64,000 nt of DNA. It comes from a virus. Positions 53,187 to 63,102 of this stretch are shown here, piece by piece. The position numbers and the translations under genes are program-made. Numbering within the stretch: the first letter of the stretch is position 1; every line of letters starts with the position of its first letter. Location: positions 1 to 64,000 of IMG/VR virus record IMGVR_UViG_3300027710_001279. One strand, written 5' to 3'. The notes under the pieces were generated by a model, which saw only the letters and a program-made list of their open reading frames with translations, searched no databases and had not been told where the DNA came from.

Positions 53187-53584
53187 GTTGGCTGTTCTAA
53201 GTTTAGAGAGTCTATCAATACCAGCTCAGTAGTCTCTTTTTCCATTCCGCCAAATATTCTTTCATGTTGTTCTTGATCGATGTTTATATTGTTAGCATCA
53301 AAAACAAATCCATATTGGGTTAATGTTTGGAATTTATCATATAGATTCTTTAATAAAAGAAAATTATAGCTAGGATTAATCATTACAAAAATAACCACGC
53401 GATACAACACAAGATCTAAATGTGTTGTCCAACCATAGATTTTTCCTTGGTAGTTATCTGGAAATAAATTTAGTATATTAAAATCTGGATCATATTGTTT
53501 CATGACAGACGTAAAGTTGTCAGTATCATCGACATCAATTACCGGAAGCTGTGCATATAATTCAATAACGGAGTATGGTTTCAT
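53177..53584 (-). CDS. Hypothetical protein (tandem paralog 3)
   Basis: LP..MKQYDPDFN..IYGW similarity to neighbours. Confidence 0.65.
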   Translation of the reverse strand: MKPYSVIELYAQLPVIDVDDTDNFTSVMKQYDPDFNILNLFPDNYQGKIYGWTTHLDLVLYRVVIFVMINPSYNFLLLKNLYDKFQTLTQYGFVFDANNINIDQEQHERIFGGMEKETTELVLIDSLNLEQPTHL

Positions 53585-53586
53585 AA

Positions 53587-53961
53587 TTAATCAAATAAAT
53601 TTCTTATTTTAGAAAACTGGCGAACATGCAAAGTATCATGGGTTGAAAATTTATCTAAAATTTGTTCCCGAGTTAACAATATTTTTTCTACGGTAATTGC
53701 AGGAGTTAAACCAGTAACTGCGCTTAAAAATTCTGATAATATAAAATCTACAGAAGACGACTCTACAAAATAATAGTTTACCTTTGTTGATAACCCTTCA
53801 GTTGTTCTTATCCAGGCATATAAAATTTCTGCAAAATGTAACGGTGTAATAAATTCACCAAAATTAAAATTAGGATTTAACTGTTTCATAGCTTCGTGAT
53901 AAGACATACTCGAATGACTTTCGGGTAGTGTGCAGGTAGTTCTGATAACTGAAAAGTCCAT
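53587..53961 (-). CDS. Hypothetical protein (tandem paralog 2)
   Basis: TLPE..MSYHEAMKQLNPNFNF..YYFVE. Confidence 0.65.
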   Translation of the reverse strand: MDFSVIRTTCTLPESHSSMSYHEAMKQLNPNFNFGEFITPLHFAEILYAWIRTTEGLSTKVNYYFVESSSVDFILSEFLSAVTGLTPAITVEKILLTREQILDKFSTHDTLHVRQFSKIRNLFD

Positions 53962-53973
53962 TTTAATTCCTTA

Positions 53974-54360
53974 TCAGGTATTTATCAAATTTTCAAATCT
54001 CTCAGGGCTTAGAATTTGCACCTCGTGATTTCCTTGACTAATAATATCCAACAGCTCTTGACCGGTAAAATTAAGATTATCAACTACAGTAAAAGGCATT
54101 TCTGTATGTTTAAAGACTGATAAATGTTTAACAATGTGATCTCTTACTTCTATAAAATCGTCATCTTCAACAAAATAGTAGCTTTCTACAAAAAAATGTT
54201 CACTAATATTCCTAATTAATCCGTGTATTTTATTATGTGCTATAAGATATCCAAATGTTTCTACAAATCCCCAATCTGGGACTACTGCGTTAACCGCTTC
54301 AGTATATGCCATTTTACGATACCGTTCCGGAATAGTAGTCGTGAATTTTAATACTTTCAT
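53974..54360 (-). CDS. Hypothetical protein (tandem paralog 1)
   Basis: TIPE..MAYTEAVNAVVPDWGF..YYFVE. Confidence 0.65.
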   Translation of the reverse strand: MKVLKFTTTIPERYRKMAYTEAVNAVVPDWGFVETFGYLIAHNKIHGLIRNISEHFFVESYYFVEDDDFIEVRDHIVKHLSVFKHTEMPFTVVDNLNFTGQELLDIISQGNHEVQILSPERFENLINT

Positions 54361-55184
54361 GCCTTCAACCTATTTTTGGAATCGCCGTCTTTGTAAATAT
54401 TAATTATAAATCCAGCTGGATCAAATTCCCACCATTTTCCACTAGCACCTGTACCAAAATGGCTTGCGCCAGGGCGGCCGTGGTGATTATTATGCCAGCA
54501 CTCGCCTAGCACCAACGGAAATAAAATAGGAACATTTAAACTCTTATCATTAGTCTTAAAATTTTGATACCCTAAGCCTTTCATATGAAATAAGCTATTG
54601 GTAATATTATATGTAATTAATGTAATCATTGCAGGCATCATACTAAAAAATAAGAATAACTTTGGGCTAATTAAAAATAACACAAAATTAAATGCTAGAT
54701 AAAGTTTCACATAGTGTGTATGCACAAATACTATTTCTTTGTCTCTAATTAAATCAATGGCATATTTAGGATTAATTTTTTCGCCGTCGAGTTTATACAT
54801 CCACAATATAAAACTATGCCAGAAACCGTGAATAGGACTATGCGGATCATTAGGAGTATCAGGATGTCTGTGATGGTATCCTCGATGCACAGCAGTCCAT
54901 AAAATAGGACTTCCCTGGCCTGCCATAGCACCTGTCCATAGTAATAATCGATGTTTCCATTTTGATTCTAACACAAAACTCTTATGACAGAAATATCTAT
55001 GATAGCCGGCTGTAATTCCTAATACATTAAAAATAAAATATCCTGTTAAGAAATAAAACAAATTTGCTAATTCAAAATTAGCAAAAAATGAATATGTAGC
55101 ATAGATACCTATTAAAATCATAGGAGTGATAGCCCCTAGCAAAACTGGTACTTCTAATAAATTTTTCCAAATAGGTCTAAACAT
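54357..55184 (-). CDS. Fatty acid desaturase
   Basis: HRYFCH, HRGYHH, GECWHNNHH; start could be 55220. Confidence 0.88.
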   Translation of the reverse strand: MFRPIWKNLLEVPVLLGAITPMILIGIYATYSFFANFELANLFYFLTGYFIFNVLGITAGYHRYFCHKSFVLESKWKHRLLLWTGAMAGQGSPILWTAVHRGYHHRHPDTPNDPHSPIHGFWHSFILWMYKLDGEKINPKYAIDLIRDKEIVFVHTHYVKLYLAFNFVLFLISPKLFLFFSMMPAMITLITYNITNSLFHMKGLGYQNFKTNDKSLNVPILFPLVLGECWHNNHHGRPGASHFGTGASGKWWEFDPAGFIINIYKDGDSKNRLKA

Positions 55185-55788
55185 TTTGTATTCTCGTGCC
55201 TGTTCTAACAATGTAATCATCCTGTAATGGTCTTCTACCCATCATTCCCCACACCCAGTCTACCTCAGGTTTTGTTCCTGCAGGAATTGTAACTGTAGTT
55301 TCATATGTATAACTGTTATTTATTTCAGGTATCATACGTTGATAAAACGCATCAAACTTGCTCCAGCGACCTGGTTTAATTAGACTATGCCATGCCCTAA
55401 GGCCACGTAATTCGCATTCTCTAAACATAAATTCCCATAAAGGTTTCATATATCGTCTTAGAGCATTTTTGCTAGGATCAGATTTAAGATAAACAATGAC
55501 CCAATCTTTGTTGTATGGAGAAGGTAAATCGCATCTCCATCCTACCATAGCCATCATTGTGTCATTTTCAAATAGACCATACAGGTAGTGATAGTCATCT
55601 CCGTTAAGATAGTATCTCTTCATCCCTAATATCCAAATTTTCCAAAACTCGTCTATTTGTTCTAAAGATTCATCAACATGGCTGTTCGGCCTTTGCTTTG
55701 CTCTTTCTGCTTCAGCAAGATGACATTTCCAAAACAATTTTTCTATTTGGTCTAGGTGTGATAAATCTAGTCTAATGATTTCGGCCAT
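55177..55788 (-). CDS. Hypothetical protein (GNAT-like)
   Basis: YLYGLFENDTMMAMVG; IPAGTK motif shared with 48032..48688. Confidence 0.5.
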   Translation of the reverse strand: MAEIIRLDLSHLDQIEKLFWKCHLAEAERAKQRPNSHVDESLEQIDEFWKIWILGMKRYYLNGDDYHYLYGLFENDTMMAMVGWRCDLPSPYNKDWVIVYLKSDPSKNALRRYMKPLWEFMFRECELRGLRAWHSLIKPGRWSKFDAFYQRMIPEINNSYTYETTVTIPAGTKPEVDWVWGMMGRRPLQDDYIVRTGTRIQNV

Positions 55789-56312
55789 TCTTTAAATACC
55801 TCAGATTCGCCTGTAAATAAAATATCTTGACATGCTACTTTTGGATCACCTTGGCTAACACAAATTAGTTCTTCAAGCAAGATAAATTTAAGCTCACCAG
55901 TATTTAAATAATTTCTAACATTGATCAGAGTATTCCTGGAATTGTGCTCTCGAGAAATAAAAATTGTTTTGGGATTTAAATTTTTATTAAGCCAATGTAT
56001 TTGGCTTTCTACCATTTCTTTAAATAGTGGGTCTATTTCTTTAGATATGTGATCTTGCCTATTTAATTTCCATGTACGGTTGAGTATTCTATAACAATCT
56101 TTAGGCCAACTTGTTCGTCTAAAAATTGTGCTAAAAAGATAGGGTTTGTTATTTTTATAACCTATTGAAAAGGCTGTTTGATCTTGATAGTTAAAATTCT
56201 CAACTTTATAATTTTCTATTATCTTTCCAGAATACATACCAATTAATTTTTTTCTAGATATATCGAATAACGATAAGAGGTCTGTATCAGTATGATCAAA
56301 TGTAACAATCAT
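55767..56312 (-). CDS. Hypothetical protein
   Basis: Coupled ORF in the minus-strand operon. Confidence 0.65.
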   Translation of the reverse strand: MIVTFDHTDTDLLSLFDISRKKLIGMYSGKIIENYKVENFNYQDQTAFSIGYKNNKPYLFSTIFRRTSWPKDCYRILNRTWKLNRQDHISKEIDPLFKEMVESQIHWLNKNLNPKTIFISREHNSRNTLINVRNYLNTGELKFILLEELICVSQGDPKVACQDILFTGESEVFKEWPKSLD

Positions 56313-56920
56313 GGTTCTATTAAGTTTTGAGCAGAGAGCCTCTCAAACATTTCTTCTTTAGAAATAGGGCGAACCGCTGATTTGCCAGTGTCTGCTAAGA
56401 TAATGGTTTTAAATATTCTCACACTTATACAAAATCGCCAATTATTGCTTTTGCTCATCATCCTATGGGGTCCATCAATATTAACAAAACAAGGTTTAGA
56501 AAGTTCAACAGACTCTACTAATTCAACCTCTTCTTCAGTCCAGGTCACACCCCCTCGGGTATTAAATGTTTGATACCATACTCCTTCTTTTTTAGACTTA
56601 AACCATTGCATATAGGTATCTTTCCAATTAATAAACCAGTTTAATCCCCAGGTGTCTTGTAATGGTAAAACTCCGTCTAAGTGTATTGGTCCACTGCTAT
56701 GAGGCCTGAGTTTAAACCAATTTGCTCTAATAACTTCATTTTTACCTAAAAGGTGGTTGTCAGTAAAAAAAGAATTAAAGTAAGGAGGTATCTCAATATC
56801 ATTTAATTGTCGAAACGGATGTTTGTATTCTTTAACAGCATTGTAGCTTACATCAAAGAATGAGCTAGGCAATCCTTCAAAATTGTAAGGGTCAGTTTTT
56901 AAATAATAAAAGTTTTTCAT
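56309..56920 (-). CDS. 2OG-Fe(II)/cupin oxygenase-like protein
   Basis: IHLDG..WGLNW..PHRM..WRFCISVR. Confidence 0.6.
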   Translation of the reverse strand: MKNFYYLKTDPYNFEGLPSSFFDVSYNAVKEYKHPFRQLNDIEIPPYFNSFFTDNHLLGKNEVIRANWFKLRPHSSGPIHLDGVLPLQDTWGLNWFINWKDTYMQWFKSKKEGVWYQTFNTRGGVTWTEEEVELVESVELSKPCFVNIDGPHRMMSKSNNWRFCISVRIFKTIILADTGKSAVRPISKEEMFERLSAQNLIEP

Positions 56921-57459
56921 TCGATGATATATTCTTTAAAAGTTTTTAATGCAACATCCCAATTAGTAGGGACAACTGGTCTCACAGTTAAACACCATCT
57001 ATCAGAGTCTGAAAAGTTTTCTACTCTATGCGGAACTCCTGTTTTAATAATTACAGGTTTAGTTATTTTAACAGACTCTAATAATGTTACATCATCGTCA
57101 TCCCAAAACAAGTAAGGAGTTTTAGCATTAGTCTTTTTAAAATTTTCTAATTTAAGTTTAGGACTATTTGGTTTCCACCAACTCATTAAATGATCATTCC
57201 CCCATACCCAATTCACGCCCCATTGCTGATGAGTTAAGAATCCGTCAACATGAATAGAACATTTATTATGAGGGGGCGTTCTAAATATCATTGCTTTAAT
57301 GTTTAAACCTAAATCGTTAAAAAATTTTATTAAATCAGGATTTAAAGATTTTTCAACATCAATTTTAAGAGTTATATGAGAATTTCCAGTATCTTTAGGA
57401 AACTGAAAATCACTTCTTAAGGGAGAAACTGATAAGTTGAGCTCTTTGTAATTATACAT
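56917..57459 (-). CDS. 2OG-Fe(II)/cupin oxygenase-like protein
   Basis: IHVDG..WGVNW..PHRVEN..RWCLTVR. Confidence 0.6.
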   Translation of the reverse strand: MYNYKELNLSVSPLRSDFQFPKDTGNSHITLKIDVEKSLNPDLIKFFNDLGLNIKAMIFRTPPHNKCSIHVDGFLTHQQWGVNWVWGNDHLMSWWKPNSPKLKLENFKKTNAKTPYLFWDDDDVTLLESVKITKPVIIKTGVPHRVENFSDSDRWCLTVRPVVPTNWDVALKTFKEYIIE

Positions 57460-57460
57460 A

Positions 57461-58171
57461 TTAATAAACAGGTTGATCAATGCCTAGCTGTTTTCTAAAC
57501 TCGTCAGTAAAAATACCATCAACCCTTAAGGTATATTGTAATTTGTTAGCTCTATCAACACCGTGTACATCAAGATCATTAAAAAATGCTGAACTAGAGT
57601 TAACTGGTATTTTTAATGCTGCGCTTTCATCATAGATATAAAATCGTTTTTCCTTAGTAGGATTAAACCATATAAACTCGTTAGAATGTTCTTTGTATTC
57701 AAAGTTGTCTCTGTGTGGATACATGTCACAGTCGTTTTCTGTTAACCAAAATAATACTCTTCCAATTTCTTTAAAAGGTAATTTTTCTAGCCAGAGTTGA
57801 AGTCCTGGGAAAAAGTTGCTGTTGTCATGCCATTTGGTCTTACTAGCATACTTTTTATTTTCAAAAGCGTTCCAAGAGTTATCAACCATATCTCTTATAT
57901 AAACTACACTACTTCCACAATACCATCCAGTTTTTAATTTAAGATACAGTGGGCCTGCTTCCCTAGGTAAGGAGATAAACTTTTTAAATATTTCATTCTT
58001 TTCCTGGGGATCTAAGTATCTATCTAGGTGATTCTTTGCAGATGGCAAAACTGCTGTTAGTATTTTACTCTGAGCAATACCTGCACAAATTTCGTCGTGC
58101 AGATCTTCTAGACCAGCAATGTCTAGATAAGAATCGCAGTTAATATAAGGACTATTAACTATTCCTTTCAT
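57461..58171 (-). CDS. 2OG-Fe(II)/cupin oxygenase-like protein
   Basis: LPFKEIGRV..HRD..HGVD..YTLRVDG. Confidence 0.6.
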   Translation of the reverse strand: MKGIVNSPYINCDSYLDIAGLEDLHDEICAGIAQSKILTAVLPSAKNHLDRYLDPQEKNEIFKKFISLPREAGPLYLKLKTGWYCGSSVVYIRDMVDNSWNAFENKKYASKTKWHDNSNFFPGLQLWLEKLPFKEIGRVLFWLTENDCDMYPHRDNFEYKEHSNEFIWFNPTKEKRFYIYDESAALKIPVNSSSAFFNDLDVHGVDRANKLQYTLRVDGIFTDEFRKQLGIDQPVY

Positions 58172-59036
58172 AATTCCAATTCCAAGTGTATCCGTCTACT
58201 AGACCTAATTCTTCTTGAAGCTCATCAGTAAACGTGCCGTCAATACGTAGTGTATATCTAAAATTAGGCTCAGGATCTACTCCGTGGTAGTCTCTGTTGT
58301 TAAAGAAATAACTTCTTGCGCCCTGTTCTAGATAAACTTTTTCTTTGGTAATTTCGTCATAGACAAAGCTAGGGCGCCAGCCTGGAGTAAAGAAAAGATT
58401 GATGTTGTGATCTTTGTGTTCTGCTACTACTCCATCTCGATGCACAATAACACCAGCATTAGGATATGTAGTAAAAAATAAAATTCTACCAATGCTCTTA
58501 AAAGGGAGAGCATTGATGTATTCGATTAATTTAGGAAACAGTTTTGCATCTTCTGTCCAGAGAGACTTTTGGTCTGTAGCTTTGTCAAAGAACCCAGCTT
58601 CTTTAATGTAAACTGTAAAGAACCAAGGAATCAAAGATCCGGCTGAAAAGTAAAAATACTTATAAACTGATTTGAATCGATCTTCGGGTTTTGAAGTTTC
58701 TAATATTTGTTTAATAGACTCTTTGTGGAAACCGTCCGGATCATATTTTTCTAGCTCTCGCAACATTTCACTCCACCCATCTTTCATTCCGTATTTTTCT
58801 CTTATCTCAGGAGGATGTCCTCCAGTAGCAGTTCCCATTCTGTAATTCTTAGTCTTGGCAATCCCTATCGATATTTCTCTATGAAGTTCTAAATCCATAG
58901 AATGATCTAAGTATTTGTCCATGTTAAGCATAGGATGCCGATCTTTGCCAACACCTTTGATACCATGTTCTTGGTGGTGAAAAGTTTGCCAGTTTCTCCC
59001 CTGGTGTGGGAAATACACATATTCTTGATCTTTCAT
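58155..59036 (-). CDS. 2OG-Fe(II)/cupin oxygenase-like protein
   Basis: LPFKSIGRI..HRD..HGVD..YTLRIDG; paralog of 57461..58171. Confidence 0.6.
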   Translation of the reverse strand: MKDQEYVYFPHQGRNWQTFHHQEHGIKGVGKDRHPMLNMDKYLDHSMDLELHREISIGIAKTKNYRMGTATGGHPPEIREKYGMKDGWSEMLRELEKYDPDGFHKESIKQILETSKPEDRFKSVYKYFYFSAGSLIPWFFTVYIKEAGFFDKATDQKSLWTEDAKLFPKLIEYINALPFKSIGRILFFTTYPNAGVIVHRDGVVAEHKDHNINLFFTPGWRPSFVYDEITKEKVYLEQGARSYFFNNRDYHGVDPEPNFRYTLRIDGTFTDELQEELGLVDGYTWNWNYERNS

Positions 59037-59045
59037 TGTTAACCT

Positions 59046-59915
59046 TTATTCAGCTTTTAAAATTTCTAGCCCGGAAAATACATCACCGTCAATCAGCATT
59101 TGAAACGGATGTTTACCCCAAAATTCATTTGATACCCAGCATTGATTATTTTCATCATAATCAAACCAAGGACTAAATCCCAGAACAAAATGTACCCTGT
59201 CAATTGGGGCAGGGTTAGTTAATAACACCCTATGAGCAATATTGGTATCCCAAGTATATACTTTGCCTAATTCTAGGTGGTAAACATCATTACCTTCCAT
59301 TTCAAACATATATTCTGGAGATGTTGTAATAGGGATGTTAATTCTAATATTTTGACAAATAATTTCGTCCCTGTGCCAATTTAATTCTGCTAAACTTGAA
59401 TCAGGAACATGATTTTTTAAAACGCCCAATCTACTACGAATCATAGTTCTCTTTACTTTACTATCTAAAAACTCTTTTATATATCCGTAATTTGCCAATG
59501 TAGTTCTTTTTGTAAATCCATATGAGTCAAAATACGTGTCTTTTAACTGATTGTAATTTGATGTTTGATTCCAAAAGAATTGATCTCTTGCATTTTTAGG
59601 AGCTCCTAAAGTACTCTCATCTGGATCTATGCCATCCTTATGTCTAGGATTGCAAACAAAACTTAACCCTCCGTAGATTTCACTAGGTCCTTTTACACTG
59701 TTCCATCCTCTAAATTTTAATTGGTCTAATACTTCGAGAGTATCTTTTCTAAGACGAACAAAATCAGTATCGTGCAATTTCATTTCAACCTTGCGCCACT
59801 TAACCTGATTTTTTATTTCTTCCCATTTTTGATAGGATCCAGTTTTACGAAAAATATATTTTTCGGTTTGGATATCCTCTGGAATTTCGTCTCGGTGTAT
59901 TGTAAATTTAGGCAT
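59046..59915 (-). CDS. Asp/Asn beta-hydroxylase-like 2OG-Fe(II) oxygenase
   Basis: WHRDE..RINIPI..AHRV..RVHFV; start placed 5 nt after TAAATA. Confidence 0.65.
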   Translation of the reverse strand: MPKFTIHRDEIPEDIQTEKYIFRKTGSYQKWEEIKNQVKWRKVEMKLHDTDFVRLRKDTLEVLDQLKFRGWNSVKGPSEIYGGLSFVCNPRHKDGIDPDESTLGAPKNARDQFFWNQTSNYNQLKDTYFDSYGFTKRTTLANYGYIKEFLDSKVKRTMIRSRLGVLKNHVPDSSLAELNWHRDEIICQNIRINIPITTSPEYMFEMEGNDVYHLELGKVYTWDTNIAHRVLLTNPAPIDRVHFVLGFSPWFDYDENNQCWVSNEFWGKHPFQMLIDGDVFSGLEILKAE

Positions 59916-59958
59916 ATCGATATTTATTTGCCTATACCACGGCCTCATAAATATTGAC

Positions 59959-60660
59959 ATGGCCTACCCTATATTCAACGAACCCACACACATGCTCTTT
60001 AATCAATCAGTCGATGCAGACTGGGCATTAAAAGAATGCCGATGGATTATTGATAATCTTACTCCCAGTGACTACGCAAACGCTAGTGGCAAGTTTTTTA
60101 AAAATTACGTACAATGGTCATTCCATAAAACCAGCGAACAACCTTTGATTAAAAAATTTACTGAGATATTAGAAAATAGCAAAGAAGATTTCCGTAAGGT
60201 ATATAATAGAAATTTAGATTTTGAATTTGTCTATCTTGCCTATGTTAAGGATATTGCAGAAGAATGTTCAATTTGGCATAGAGATTACTTTTTAATCAAC
60301 GGTCAAGCACATTTAAGTGTGTTAGGGAACGGAGACCTGTTATGTTACGACTATGAAAATAATCTACACAACATTAAAGTTCCAAATGGAACTTGCTGGT
60401 TTGTTAACGGTAGTAACTTTAATCATAAGATCAATACAGGTGTAGGCGAAAGATTTGAAATATGTGCTCCTATAAGTCCCCGCAAAGAAATTGTAGAGCC
60501 AAGGATGTTAGGAGTTAACCCTAACGATCCTTTGAAATTAGTAAACAGCAGTATACCTGCCTATGTAGAAGGACAGCGTAGATTAAAAGAACAAACGTTG
60601 GCTAATGTAAAAAAGGGGAAGGATACCCACGGCGGAGTTGTTGCAGACTTTAGCACATAA
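59959..60660 (+). CDS. 2OG-Fe(II)/cupin oxygenase-like protein
   Basis: WHRD..NHKI..RFEI. Confidence 0.55.
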   Translation: MAYPIFNEPTHMLFNQSVDADWALKECRWIIDNLTPSDYANASGKFFKNYVQWSFHKTSEQPLIKKFTEILENSKEDFRKVYNRNLDFEFVYLAYVKDIAEECSIWHRDYFLINGQAHLSVLGNGDLLCYDYENNLHNIKVPNGTCWFVNGSNFNHKINTGVGERFEICAPISPRKEIVEPRMLGVNPNDPLKLVNSSIPAYVEGQRRLKEQTLANVKKGKDTHGGVVADFST

Positions 60661-60661
60661 T

Positions 60662-61228
60662 ATGCTGTATAAAAAAATTCCGTTAACCTACGAATCTGAT
60701 CAGATTGCAGAGTATTATATGACACATATATCAAATACAATGTTTAGCGTAGGAGAACTTTCAGATATTGAAAGATTTAATCATAGAGGATCTGCAACTT
60801 TAGGAAGGAATTTTTTTAAAAAATTTCCTATATTAGAATCAAATCTCGATAAGATGTTTGGTAAAGATAATTACATAGGAAGATTTTTTGCAACTAGGCC
60901 AAATAGTAAAGGGTTTGTGCATATCGACATGGCACATAGTGAGCTTAATCCTAGATACTGGTCTTTAAACTTTCCTGTGTTTAACTGTCAACACAACTAC
61001 CATGAATGGTTTTCTACCAATTCTGAGCCGGACCTTATTTCTAAAGAATTTAATTCTTGGTTTTGGACTACTGATAACAATGTAAAATTAGTTGATAAAC
61101 TAGAATTAAGTGAACCATATATTTTAAGTGTATCGGTTCCGCATAGAATAAACAACCCAACTAACGAAGTGCGTGTAGTATTTGCTGTTAGAACCGTAAA
61201 CAATGAAGAAACATTTGAGTTCTTATGA
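60662..61228 (+). CDS. 2OG-Fe(II)/cupin oxygenase-like protein
   Basis: VHID..SLNFP..PHRINN..RVVFAVR. Confidence 0.6.
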   Translation: MLYKKIPLTYESDQIAEYYMTHISNTMFSVGELSDIERFNHRGSATLGRNFFKKFPILESNLDKMFGKDNYIGRFFATRPNSKGFVHIDMAHSELNPRYWSLNFPVFNCQHNYHEWFSTNSEPDLISKEFNSWFWTTDNNVKLVDKLELSEPYILSVSVPHRINNPTNEVRVVFAVRTVNNEETFEFL

Positions 61229-62025
61229 ATGAAAAAACATTAGTCACTGAATCTAGAAAACGAGAATCTCTAAGACGATGGGGAAGCTCGGAGTTTAATC
61301 AACTGGAACAAAAGTATGGAAAATATTTGTTTGTTCCGTTAGACGTTCCTTTGATAAAATCTAATAAACACAACGAGTTAGTCACATTCTATTACCAACA
61401 TGCTAAGTTAGCTGAACGTATAAAAGAAGACATTGCAGGATCAATGGATGATACTTATAGAGCTAAGTTTCTTTCTTTAAATAGTTCAGATACAGAAGCA
61501 GCTGATGTATGGACAAAAACTTATAAGCCAGAATTCGAAAACACTTTTAAAGATCTATTTGATCAAATTTACGAATACCTTCCCATACAAAAGGATACAA
61601 AAATCAGTTATACAATTTGGTCAACTCAGAGTCCTGTAGTAATGCATCGAGATCACACATCATTGCTTGATCTTCCTTTAAATTTTAGAATTAAGTTATA
61701 TGACAATAATCCGTCCGAAACTTTATTAATTAAAAATTGTTTAACAGACGGAGTTTATCAATACCAAAAAAATTGCTCACCTATACTTTTGCCTGAAGAA
61801 ACAAACACCTGGACATGGAACAATGCCAGGATAGTTCACGGTAGTACGTATGATCCTTGTTATAAAAAAATGCTAATGATATTAGAGGATTTAAAAATAG
61901 ACTGGATTAAGTATGAAACATTACTAGAAAAAAGTTTAATAAAATATAAAGACCACGTATTAGTCGATAATACATATCAACACTATGATTATTTTAACAA
62001 GGAATACTATGAACAACAACGTTAA
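61225..62025 (+). CDS. 2OG-Fe(II)/cupin oxygenase-like protein
   Basis: FVPLDVP..HRDH..HGSTYDP.YKK. Confidence 0.6.
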   Translation: MNEKTLVTESRKRESLRRWGSSEFNQLEQKYGKYLFVPLDVPLIKSNKHNELVTFYYQHAKLAERIKEDIAGSMDDTYRAKFLSLNSSDTEAADVWTKTYKPEFENTFKDLFDQIYEYLPIQKDTKISYTIWSTQSPVVMHRDHTSLLDLPLNFRIKLYDNNPSETLLIKNCLTDGVYQYQKNCSPILLPEETNTWTWNNARIVHGSTYDPCYKKMLMILEDLKIDWIKYETLLEKSLIKYKDHVLVDNTYQHYDYFNKEYYEQQR

Positions 62026-62257
62026 ACAACTAGCCGATCAAGCAATGGCAAGCACTCAATGGTCTGTGGTTAATAATCTAAGTACAGAATTAGCGAATAG
62101 AGAAGTAGAATTGGATATATTTGCTAAATTACTATTAGATGATTACATGGACTTGTGTGAAAAAATAGCTCTTGAACAAAATAAAAGATTTGCGCCAGTA
62201 ATCCATTCATTTATAAAATCATTTAAAGACTCCATTAAACAAAGATACACAGAGTAG
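62009..62257 (+). CDS. Hypothetical protein
   Basis: SD AAGGA before ATG 62009. Confidence 0.65.
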   Translation: MNNNVKQLADQAMASTQWSVVNNLSTELANREVELDIFAKLLLDDYMDLCEKIALEQNKRFAPVIHSFIKSFKDSIKQRYTE

Positions 62258-62332
62258 GCATTTACTAATCCATTAAAGTAGTATATAATAGAGGCGTAAA
62301 AGTGATAATTACTAGTATACTCTGGATGGAAA

Positions 62333-63067
62333 ATGGCTACTTCAACAGAAAACTTTGACTGGTCGGTATTAAATCGAAACAGCATAATCACGCTGATGCA
62401 TACCCTGGCACCTGAAATAGTAAAACAACCACTTACTGTAGAAGAATTCCATAAAAAAGTAACTACATTACTAAAAAAATACTTGCCAGTTAGGGTGCGT
62501 AAAGCATTTAGTCCAAAAGTAGATCAGGGATTTGTGTATGTAGGCGGTTGCTATCACAGTGCATACGATGAAGATTATGTAAAATGCATTGAAGTATTAT
62601 TCCAATACCGAGCCAATGAAAAAATAATAAACCTAACGTCTAAAAGATTTTCTAGTATGTGTACAACTATAGCAGACACCTTGCTACATGAAATTATCCA
62701 CATGCGACAGTTTAGAAGAAGAAACTTCAAACAACTTCCAGACTACGCCAGCAATGCAGAAAAAAGTGAAATTAGAGAAGAACAAGAGTATCTTGGTTGT
62801 TCAGATGAAATAGATGCCTATGGATTTAATATTGCCTGCGAACTTATGGACAAGTTTGGTAAAAATAAAAACCAGATTGTTAACTATCTCAACGAAAACC
62901 AAAAGGGCAAGAAAAGACGTCATAACAGTTGGCGTATGTATCTTAAAGCATTTGAACACGACCACAATCATCCAATCCTACAGCGTGTCAAAAAGAAAGT
63001 GGTCCGATATCTTCCAGCAGCCGAAGCGGGCAAACCATATAGAAACAAAGATTGGATTAACTGGTAG
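62333..63067 (+). CDS. HExxH metallopeptidase-like phage protein
   Basis: TLLHEIIHMRQ..DEIDAY. Confidence 0.65.
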   Translation: MATSTENFDWSVLNRNSIITLMHTLAPEIVKQPLTVEEFHKKVTTLLKKYLPVRVRKAFSPKVDQGFVYVGGCYHSAYDEDYVKCIEVLFQYRANEKIINLTSKRFSSMCTTIADTLLHEIIHMRQFRRRNFKQLPDYASNAEKSEIREEQEYLGCSDEIDAYGFNIACELMDKFGKNKNQIVNYLNENQKGKKRRHNSWRMYLKAFEHDHNHPILQRVKKKVVRYLPAAEAGKPYRNKDWINW

Positions 63068-63096
63068 TTGACAACTGCCCAACATTCTGCTATACT
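63068..63096 (+). promoter_or_regulatory. sigma70 promoter (leaderless transcript)
   Basis: TTGACA-N17-TATACT; ATG 6 nt downstream. Confidence 0.75.
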
Positions 63097-63102
63097 AGTA
63101 GA

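Noticed and set aside
45313-62025. Integrative element inserted at tRNA-Arg(TCG)
   Set aside because: No integrase or transposase in the window and no duplicated tRNA 3' end seen at the far boundary; treated as a variable island.
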